A stretch of DNA of 64,000 nt, taken from contig NC_043004.1 in assembly GCF_006345805.1 (NCBI RefSeq), positions 84,258,001-84,322,000 on the forward strand, given 5' to 3'. The DNA comes from Octopus sinensis (Eukaryota). Positions 52,681 to 64,000 of this stretch are shown in pieces. Both the position numbers and the translations under genes were made by a program. Below the pieces are notes generated by a model. The model was not told the DNA's origin, did not search any database, and worked only from the letters and a program-made list of their open reading frames with translations. Each line of letters starts with the position of its first letter. The stretch's first letter is position 1.

Positions 52681-53607
52681 CATTATATTCATTCATGCGT
52701 CTATAAATATATGCATGTATACAATATGCTTGTATGTACTTCTATGTCTGTCTGTCGCTCTCCCATTACATGATGTCTCGCTGTGTAGGAGTACTTAGAT
52801 ACATGAATATAAGCATGTGTGCCAATGAGTGTGCTTGTTTGCATGTGTATGTGCGCGTGTTTAGGTGTTCGGTTACTTTATATATTATTTGATATTTTGC
52901 AAATCTCTACATTGATGTTTGACCTCTGAGAGTGTCATCTGGTTCGTCTTTCTCGACTTTGCTATAGAAATTTGATATTTTGTTCAGTATCTGTCTCCTT
53001 TTCTAAGTAACATATTTAAACTCGACAATCAATGGTCGGAAAGTTTTCTAGAATACCGCTTTTTCAAGCATCTGGTATATCATAAATAGCTATCATTATA
53101 CACTCTGTTACAATTCTGATGGAGTGACTTGCGTAAAAAACATTAAGTATCCATTGTGTATTTGACATTGAAACGTACATAGATATGTTATTTGTAAATT
53201 ATTTGACACTATATATGTATGTATATATGTATGTGTGTGTGGACGCTTGTGTGTGTCCGTGCGTACGTTTGTGTGTGTGTGTGCATCTCTGTTTGTGTAC
53301 GTGTGTTGTGTGTGTGTTGCGTGAGCTGAGTGAATTACTGCAACGCTAATATATTTGCATACCATGTTTATTGTATGACATGACAGCTATTCTTGGCGTC
53401 TTATACTCTCCGATAACAAACCAAAGAAGTACACCAAAGCAGATGCATATTCACTTATATCCCCTACACCCACACATGCACACACACACATGCACACACA
53501 CATGCACACACACATGCACACACACATGCACACATACACACGAGCACACCCATATAAACGCACACATGTATATATATATATTATATATATATATATATGT
53601 ATGTATA

Positions 53608-53695
<88 letters not shown>

Positions 53696-54284
53696 TAGTA
53701 TGTATGTATGCATATATGTGTGACGTGTATACATACGTACGTACTTATATACATATACTTTCTTTCACAGATTCATACATTGTTTTTTGCTTAACATTTT
53801 TTTTTTCTTGTTTGAAGTAATCAAAGGGCAAAAGCCATTGCTAATCAAACTCAAAATTCTTATGTCCTGTCACCGTGAATTGTTTAGAAAAATAAATTAT
53901 CTGTTCAACCACTGACACAGATAGTTTCAAACATTAATCAATACAAGCATTGATTACATTGGAATGACAGTAAAATCAATTTTCTGTTATATAATTTGAA
54001 CATAATTATATATATTTTGAAACTTACAGGAATATTTCGATACAATCTTATCAACACTCATCTAAGATTGATACTCTGTACCGTAAAGTACGTTATCTGA
54101 CGTTGAAATGTGGCAGAAGAAACCTTAGCTATACAATACAACTTATTCGATACCTTATGCTTTTTTAAAGAAGTATTTAGTTTAAAGCAACGTTAAAAGA
54201 GTCGCAATAACCCAATGTATGTAATTTATTCACTCTTATGTATATTAAACAGGCCCTTATATACCATTATGATACAAACATAGA

Positions 54285-54485
54285 CTCTTTTACTCTTTTA
54301 CTTGTTTCATTCATTTGACTGTGGCCATGCTGGAGCACCGCCTTTATTCGAGCAAATCGACCCCAGGATTTATTCTTTGGAAGACTAGTACATATTCTAT
54401 AGGTCTCTTTTGTCGAACCGCTAGATTCAAGCAATGTTGGGAGGACAAACACAGACACACAAACATATACACACACATACATACA

Positions 54486-54516
<31 letters not shown>

Positions 54517-54697
54517 GTATACATACATATATACGACAGGTTTCCTTCAGTTTCCGTCTACCAAATCCACTCTCAAGGATTTGGTCGACCCGAGGCTATA
54601 GTAGAAGATACATTCCCAAGTAGCCATGCAGTGGGACTGATCCCGGACCATGTGATTGGTAAGCAAGCTACTTACCACACAGCTACTCCTACGCCTA
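54285..54697 (-). mobile_element. SINE family A, full length
   Basis: Reverse complement of the head, body and tail, with internal (ACAT)n. Confidence 0.9.
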
Positions 54698-55207
54698 TGT
54701 TGAAATGTTGATATACCGGTCAGATGGAATAGCTGTTTGTGTTTTTAAAAGTATATGGCGGTAGCCTGCTGGATTCCGACAGAGACTGTTTCAGAATGTC
54801 TTTCTGAACAACCTGCACAAATAGTGTGTTATAGTTGTCGAACTATAACACAAATAATGTGTTATAGTTCGTTCGTTCTATATATAAGCTATTTAACTCC
54901 ATCGTACCAAGGTTGCCTGAACATATACACAGTCATATATATCTACCACATGTTTTTAAATTTTCAAATATAATAATGATTGTAATAATTGTTTGAAAAT
55001 TTGGCACTAAGCCGGAAAATTCGGGGAAGGGAATGAACAGATTATCATCAATCACAATACTCAACTGGTACTTTTTTTTTATTAACCGCGAAAAGATGAC
55101 AGACAATGTCCACCCCGTACGAATTTGATCTGAGTGCGAAGAGACGGATAAAGTACCGCTTATCATTTTCACCAGCTTGCTAATGATTCTTCAAGCTCGC
55201 CCCGCTA

Positions 55208-55243
<36 letters not shown>

Positions 55244-55470
55244 TAATAATAATAATAATATAATAATAATAATAATAATAATAGTAGTAGTAATAATAAT
55301 AATAATAATAATATTAATAATGATGATGATAATAATAATAATAATAATAATAATGATAATAATAATAATAATAATGATAATAATAATAATAATAACAATA
55401 ATAATAATATAATAATAATAAAATAGTGATAATATAATAATAATAATAATATAATATAATAATAATAGTG

Positions 55471-55521
<51 letters not shown>

Positions 55522-55600
55522 TTAATATTAATAATAATAATAATAAGAATAATCTAATAATAATAATAATAATAAAATAAAATAATAATAATAATGATGA
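55208..55600. repeat. (AAT)n array
   Basis: Directly visible. Confidence 0.97.
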
Positions 55601-55611
55601 TGGTGATAACG

Positions 55612-55790
55612 AGAGTATCATTCAAGTAGTTGTAGGGACACTCAGAGCACCAACACCATGTTCGAGAAATATGTCAGAAAAATCAGAATTAACATGCTAA
55701 CAAGGCAGGACCTAATAAATTGCTCTCCTAGGGACAGTAACGATTTTGAGATTGGTCATTCGATGGTGAATGTTTCCCACGTTAGTTACG
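55612..55790 (+). mobile_element. R4/Dong-like (restriction-like endonuclease) non-LTR retrotransposon C-terminal fragment
   Basis: Across frameshifts: IIQVVVGTL ... MFEKYVRKIRI ... IALLGTVTILRLV, matching the REL C-terminal pattern VxPxVVGxLG...QKxALLGTARILRxVL. Confidence 0.6.
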
Positions 55791-56405
55791 AACCAAATAT
55801 CAAAAGTTACAGAATCTACCAGAACAAAGATAACTGAAATTTCTAATTGTCAAACAACAACCACAACAACAATTATAATAGTAAAAATAATGAATTTATA
55901 AACGAAATTTGGCAATACGTTGTTCCCAGAATATATGACAAGCTAAAATTTCACATGAAGGTATAGCGAAAGATTAAAACGCATATTGATAAACATGACA
56001 TATATACAACACATGTGCTCTCATACGCATATACCCATATATAATGGGGATCATCAGCATGTGTACACGTGTGTGTGTAATAGTACAATACACATATCGC
56101 ATCACGTTCTATTGTGGGTTTCTATTAGGTGAACGCCTGGCTCTGGTAGAAAATACCGGCCCCCATTGACGTTTGCTGTGCCAAAAACGGGAGGAAGAAA
56201 GGAAATATAATTCTGCATATCACCTGATTTTTAAAATACTAGTTATCTATGAATACACACACACAAATACACGCACATACAACATATATGTACAAATACA
56301 CACACGCACATAGACACACTGACGTATATACATATATTTGTAGAAAGAGACATATATATATATATACATATGTTTGTGCGTGTGTGTGTATGCATATGTA
56401 TATGC

Positions 56406-56479
<74 letters not shown>

Positions 56480-56653
56480 TGAATGATCAAATATATACAA
56501 GTATGTGCAAGTACATATATTTCATAGATATATATATATATATATATATTACGCACCAGACAGACATATAAGCATATATATTGTTTGTGTATGTATGTAA
56601 TATATATGTATTATAATGTGGTGTGTTTATGTATGTATATGTATAATATATAT

Positions 56654-56691
<38 letters not shown>

Positions 56692-57729
56692 CATGTATAC
56701 ATTCATCTGTATAAAACACACACACACACTATATATATAATATATCACTATATAGAAACAGAAACATACAAATACACACATATATGTATGTATGTTTGTA
56801 TGTATGCATGTATGTATGTATGCATATATAACATCTTAAGTTATCTTCGTATATAATTTGATTTCTAGCTAATATCCCATAAATCATATTAGGGTTGAGA
56901 AATACTTTTTCTCCAGACATTTCATCGGTCCGAACCCGCCTTCTTACAACACGTCCCTCCATTATTTCTATCACCTACATCAGACGCTTCAACACTTCAC
57001 TCAGAGTCTTTCGTATTGTATAGTAAGAATTTTCATAAGAAATATCTCTACAATAAAGCGTCAATTAACTTTTTTCTCATTACGCTAATTAAATTCTTTG
57101 AACACGCTAATATGATTGACCATTTTATATGCGAGGCGGAATCTAAATCTAGGGAAGTACAAATTGGAGGCCATCGCAGAATATTTCTGATTAAAACTAT
57201 TGAATTTATACATTGTATTTTTTTAAAGGTAGTATTTATAGATATATATTTAGTATTTAATTTCTTATCTATTTTATTACTTTCTGCTTTTCCAAATTTC
57301 TCTTCTTTTCGTTTTATTTATTTTATATATAATCTAAAAATTTCCTATATTTTACTCCCATTTTCTTCAGTATCATCATGATCATGGCGTTCATCCTCTT
57401 ATCACATTAACCGCCATTTTTTATTGACATTAGCGCAAACACCAGTAACACATATATAACATTTTTCTCCTCATTATCATCAATACTGTGGTAGTCAATA
57501 ACGATTTCATTATTTTTTTTTTACTTTTCAATTATATTCTTCATCTACACTTACATATTTTTGGCTTATTTACTTCTTTCTTTAGTCTAGTTAGATCGAT
57601 TGTAAACTGGACATACTCTATTTTCCCAAAAAGATGTATGTCACCGATAAATCAATAAATAGATTCCCTATCGATTTTGCTTCAATAAATACAACTCGTA
57701 CTAATCTCTCCAACAATAACTAACTAACC

Positions 57730-57730
57730 A

Positions 57731-57762
<32 letters not shown>

Positions 57763-57905
57763 GACCACTGTTACTGTTATTGTTGCTGATAAGGATGATG
57801 ATGATGATGATGATGATCACGACGACGGCGATGATGATGGTGATAGTATTGGTGGTTATGATGTTGATTATAAGTATAATAATGTGTATATTATTATTAT
57901 TATCA

Positions 57906-57940
<35 letters not shown>

Positions 57941-57945
57941 GTTTT

Positions 57946-57989
<44 letters not shown>

Positions 57990-58065
57990 TAGTAGTAGTA
58001 GTAGTAGTAGTAGTAGTTGTAGTAGTAGTAGTAGTAGTAGTAAGAGCAGCAGTAGTAGTAGTAGA
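57730..58065. repeat. Compound (ACT)/(GAT)/(ATT)/(AGT) microsatellite
   Basis: Directly visible. Confidence 0.95.
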
Positions 58066-60504
58066 AACGTCACACCGATTTTAGCGTAAAAAGTGTGTCA
58101 TGTATCTTCACGAATCTTCGATTATGAAAATACTGAAAATGTAAAAAAGCTAGAAATATCATTCAACAGATGCGAACATTCATGGAATATTGGGAACTGT
58201 AAAGAAAAAAAAAATAAAACACCTGCTCGCAAATATCAAAATATATTGAGATATTTCTCAAGGTGACAAACTACAGTGGTTAGAGTTCTTCTTTCTTTCT
58301 ATATCAGTGTCTCCAATATTGAGAAATGTGAACAGTAGATGTAACCTACAAGAAAACCATTGATTGTTAACCATATTCAAGTTGGATTAGCTGACGTAAT
58401 ATGTTATATTTGAAAGCCCATTGCGCACATTTGCCGGTGCCCTGAGAGTAATCGGTAATAACACTGGAATGGTTTGGGAGTGGATTTCAAAGTTTACAAA
58501 CTGCCATGAATAAAGGAATGTTCCAAATACATAATGGAGTATAGCAATAGATCAAGGGGAATGTGCGTGAGTTTGATAGTGTTGATAAATGTGAATATCT
58601 AGATGAATTGGGAGATTATGCCACAAATGATTGAATAATTCAAGTCCATAACATTAAAAGCAAAACTAAGCAGGATATTGACATTGAAATTCTCTAACAA
58701 GCATAAGTAATGCTTATCTACATTCGGGCCGCTTGGGATATGAGATGTGCAAAATTCTAGAGGCACTACTTAAATCATTCATGGTTATTTTTCTTTAGGC
58801 CTGCTATTGAAAAAATTCTTTGGGTCGCACTTTGCCCTTTACCCTTCTCTAGCATCAACGATATCAATACCATAAAGAGGAGAAATGACACACGTCTCAT
58901 ATAGCATTGGAATATGTTAATTGACTACGGAAAACCTTGTAGAATTTGGAGAAAAAAGTAAGTTCTTATAGTCTGCAGAGGTTTATACACACAGGTAATT
59001 GTTGAGAGATTGTATGACAACGCAAAAGCATAAGGGAGAGGATTATTAACGGTAAAAATAATCCCTGAATAGTGGCAGTAGGTATCACGTTTCGTGCAGT
59101 GATGTGTTGATGTCGATCATACAATAAGAGAGGTCATATTATTTCAAGGATGGAGATCAAAGTGATGTAATCCAAGATGGAAATCATGGATGCTAATAGA
59201 GATTTACTGTGATGTATTTTGACATTATTGAAGGTAGTCGAGTTAAGAAGCTATTTCATTGGCTAGATATTATCCATTTTATTGACCAAGATATGGATAT
59301 TTGATGATGGAGATCGGCAACCTGTCTTACATTTGTAGGGAAATATCAGCCCAAGTTAAATAAGAAGAATAAAGAGAAGGCACACGGTTCGGAGGCATGT
59401 GAAATGTGCGTGTAGGACGGAAAAAAATATGTATGTGCATTCTAGACTCTGAAAGTAAAATACTTTCTTTGATAATTTATAAGAATTGAAAACCGAAAAA
59501 TTGCGAAGGTGCAAAATTGTGAAGGTGCAAAATATTAATGTACTGGACTGTATTAAAACTTGGTACGAATATTAAACAGAAAATGCTCAAGAATACGACT
59601 GTGTATAAGCGAAGGTGCCATCGATACATGCATATCTATTCACCGTTGTACTCAACGAAAGAAAGAGCGAGTTGCCAAATTGATGTTCCCTATCTTTTGT
59701 CCAACTTTTCACAAACATAGATACTATTTAAATACAAGTGTGATCTGAACCAAACATCAAGCCCTGTAATTCAACCCTTCCTACAATGGAAGTATCTATC
59801 ATACCACATTGAAATCAGTTTTTCAAATATATATTAGCACTAATTTTTTGTAATAATTTCATGCCCTACTTGCGTCCACTTACTATTGCTTCGCAACGGA
59901 GCCGACCATTTCACGTTCTGTGTGCCCGAAACAACTGCACCAATGACTTTACCCCGCAATTACATCTCACATCTGGGAAACACATCTACATCTGCTCCAC
60001 TCGCAGCAAGGATCCAGCGTCAAATTATCAATATTATGAACCGGTAAACTTTGGCGGACAAAGCGCATGAAATAAAACTATTCTTATAGTTGGCCGTCTA
60101 ATTTGACCCCAGAGCATATAACGATCGACAGAAAAACAGGCTAGATTCTTAAGCGTGGGATGCGCATAAGTCTGCTATTAGTTATTGATAAGTAACCTAG
60201 CAGTAAGCTTTAAGCTGACGAAATATATCAGTGCCCAACCTGGTAAGAACGACCCCAAATACATTATACCTAATGCGGGGGATTTCCTTTTATACAACAG
60301 TAGTGTAGATGTGAAATGATTGTATATCTTCGTGTTAAGCTATAATAATAAGAATTGAAGAATTTACGATGATTTTCTGAAATATGCAAGGGTTGTGAGT
60401 CTTCTGTCCTGCTTCGATAAGGCTGAATCTACTCAGGGTCTGAGTAGATATGTTCATGTCTTGATCACAAGCCTTTGGAAAATACGTCAGCTCGTCTACA
60501 AATA

Positions 60505-60960
<456 letters not shown>

Positions 60961-61917
60961 GTGGCCACTCGGTTGGGTGTATTCCTACTTACTTTAATTC
61001 TGTTCTGATTATAATCAATAGTCATACATACATATATACACGCATAAATACATGCATAAATACATATATATACATATTCTTGGATATATATATATATATA
61101 TATGTATGTAGTATGTATGTATATATGTATGTATGTATGTATATATATATATATATGTATATATATATGTGTGTGTGTGTATATGTATATATATATAGAT
61201 ATATATATATATATATATATGAATATATATAGTGTGTGTATGTATGTATGCATATATATGTATATGTATATATGTGTATGTATATATATATGTATATGTG
61301 TGTGTGGGGGGAGGGTGAGTGTAATATCATTACTCTAATCATTTTATAAGGGCAATGCATGTCAGAAAAGGTGGAAAGTCAGACAAAATGGCCTACAATC
61401 TTTTAATTCAGTTTCCTCGAGTTCTGACTTATAAAGCAACCCAAATATACACATACTTTCAAGGAAATTGAGGAAAATCGTTTTAACGTTTTGGTTTCTG
61501 TTATATCGACTGCTCTGTTTGGCGAATTTTTTCTGCTTGAATTTATAATAGTAATCGTATATTTTACTGCATCGCGGCGGACTTTTATTTGCACCCCCTA
61601 CGAATATACACACACTCTTAAAAAATATATATTTATATAATAATTGTACGCACCACCCCTTATCATCAACAGTTATACCACTTACATATGTGTTGTCGGG
61701 TGTTTAATATATAAATATATTTTGATTGCGTCTAATGATTGCAATAACAGAGAGATAACAGTCACTCGCATTTGCGGTCTGTCGTAATCGATGAACGTGA
61801 ATACAGCACAGAAGATATTTTATATATATATATTGGTGAAAAATTTATCGCATTAAAAAATTAATCAATAATGCGTTAGAATTCTTTATGAACTGCACAT
61901 AAGTCAACACACGTGTG

Positions 61918-61975
<58 letters not shown>

Positions 61976-62072
61976 TATATGTATGTATATATATATATGA
62001 ATATATATATATATGTATATATGTATGTATATATATGTATATATATATGTATATATATATGTATATATATAC

Positions 62073-62110
<38 letters not shown>

Positions 62111-62347
62111 ATGCATACATATACATACAGCCATATGTTTGCACACACACATACACGTACTCAAACACACTGAGTCCTCTCACGCGCGCACCCATAAATA
62201 TATACAGACACACAAAGCGAGATATAGATATAAACATACATGTATTCATAAGTACACATACACATATGCATTCATACATACATGCATCCGTATACACATA
62301 TATGTATACACACGTGTATATGTTTATATATAGAGAGCAAGAGGTAA

Positions 62348-62391
<44 letters not shown>

Positions 62392-62392
62392 G

Positions 62393-62600
62393 CGAAAGAG
62401 TGGTTGTGTGACAAGTAACTTGCTTACCAACCACATGGTTCCGGGTTCAGTCGCAATGCACGTGTCATCTGCGATAGCCTCGGGCCAACCAAAGCCCTGT
62501 GAGTGGGTTTGGTAGACGGAAACTGAAAGAAGCCCACCACACACACACACACCTCCCCCACATACACACACATTTATATATTATTATATATATATATGTA

Positions 62601-62660
<60 letters not shown>

Positions 62661-62667
62661 ATAGATA

Positions 62668-62706
<39 letters not shown>

Positions 62707-62925
62707 GTGTGTGTGTACGTTTGTCTACGCTTGTCCTGCCGACATCGATTGACAACCAATGCTGGTGTGCCAACGTCTCCGTAACATAGCGGTTCGGCAA
62801 ATGTGACCGATAGAATCAGCTCTAGGGTTACAAAGAATAAGTCCTGGCATCAATGAGCTTGACTAAAGGAGGTGCTCCAGATTGGCCGCAGTCAAATGAC
62901 TGAAACAAGCAAAAGAATGAAAGAA
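62393..62925 (+). mobile_element. SINE family A, full length, internally expanded by (AT)n
   Basis: Head ...GTGACAAGTAACTTGCTTACCAACCACATGGTTCCGGG, body, and tail CAGTCAAATGACTGAAACAAG. Confidence 0.88.
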
Positions 62926-62929
62926 AATA

Positions 62930-62961
<32 letters not shown>

Positions 62962-63094
62962 CATACACATATGCATTTATAGATAGAGACACGGAGAGAG
63001 ATATATATAAGTATAAATATATATGTTATACATATATATACATATATATATATATGATTATATATATGTATATGTAAGTATAAACATGTATATG

Positions 63095-63256
<162 letters not shown>

Positions 63257-63663
63257 AATATATACATACACATATGCATTTATAGATAGAGACACGGAGA
63301 GAGAGAAAGTAGATAGAGATATATATAGATATATGTGTACATATTAGTGTGCGCATGATTCTGGGATTAAAAATTCCTATGAACCTAGGGCTAAGTATCA
63401 GACATTCTGTCTCGGTGAGTTTATATCTTTTTGGCATGGAAGTTATGGATTGCTATATCAGTAACGAACCAAACACATCCCAATCTGAAACACACACGAA
63501 CACACATGCACCGCCCCACTTCGTACGATGGTATGGTCTTACATTAATGAGGAAACTCTTAAATTAACTTTATTATTCGAAAATGCAATTCATTTCCATA
63601 AACATATGTACTGTATGTGCATATGTATATGTGTGTGCGTATGTATATATGTATGTATGTATG

Positions 63664-63694
<31 letters not shown>

Positions 63695-63707
63695 CTATCT
63701 ATCTATC

Positions 63708-63763
<56 letters not shown>

Positions 63764-63897
63764 AATTATATATATATATAGGCATTATTAAATCTCAGAA
63801 TGAGATGTACATATATATACATAATATATATATACATATGCATATATATATTATATATACATATGCACATATATATACATAATGATATATATATATT

Positions 63898-63953
<56 letters not shown>

Positions 63954-64000
63954 GCATGTGTACATAATTATATTTCAATGCACTTGTGAGCCAATCTGTG

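Noticed and set aside
51925-52773. Long ORFs such as the 282-aa one here, 11562-12161, 43875-44528 and 60465-61253
   Set aside because: They are translations of (TATC)n, (AT)n and (ATC/AAT)n microsatellites that lack stop codons in some frames.
56729-56974. Protein-like minus-strand ORF (EIMEGRVVRRRVRTDE...)
   Set aside because: Preceded by a stop, has a weak acceptor, and resembles a decayed LINE EGxRxRGRP tail.
58300-59450. Complex purine-rich stretch suggestive of an old LINE
   Set aside because: I could not recover diagnostic motifs by eye; this needs a repeat-library search.
61760-61810. TCGATGAA...CAGC resembling the start of 5.8S rRNA
   Set aside because: The match is only about 8 nt with no continuation and no rDNA context.

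Overview
Eukaryotic, very AT-rich, microsatellite-saturated genomic DNA with one 100-N scaffold gap (2769-2868). The repeat families (tRNA-derived SINEs with internal (AT)n/(GT)n, an RTE LINE with a (GAT)n tail, many Penelope-like remnants) look like those of an octopus or other coleoid cephalopod. That assignment is from pattern recognition and was not database-checked. Almost every ORF in the supplied track is a translated microsatellite or a transposon fragment. What the sequence supports: (1) a probable + strand multi-exon gene of unknown function, best supported by three phase-compatible exons at 1883-1986, 4266-4410 and 7721-7834, with weaker downstream candidates; (2) decayed mobile elements: RTE LINEs, a Tx1/L1-like ORF1 with a CCHC knuckle, CR1-like and R4/Dong-like 3' ends, several Penelope-like elements (PLEs), mariner remnants, a hAT MITE with TSD, fold-back MITEs and about 16 SINE copies; (3) several hammerhead-ribozyme (HHR) motifs. 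The most interesting feature is a ~345-bp non-coding element present twice (17205-17547, 48531-48878). It is a long palindrome whose arms each carry a hammerhead-like fold with the conserved C3-G8 core pair swapped to G3-C8 and a palindromic stem III suited to dimerisation. No CRISPR array, rRNA or convincing tRNA gene was found.
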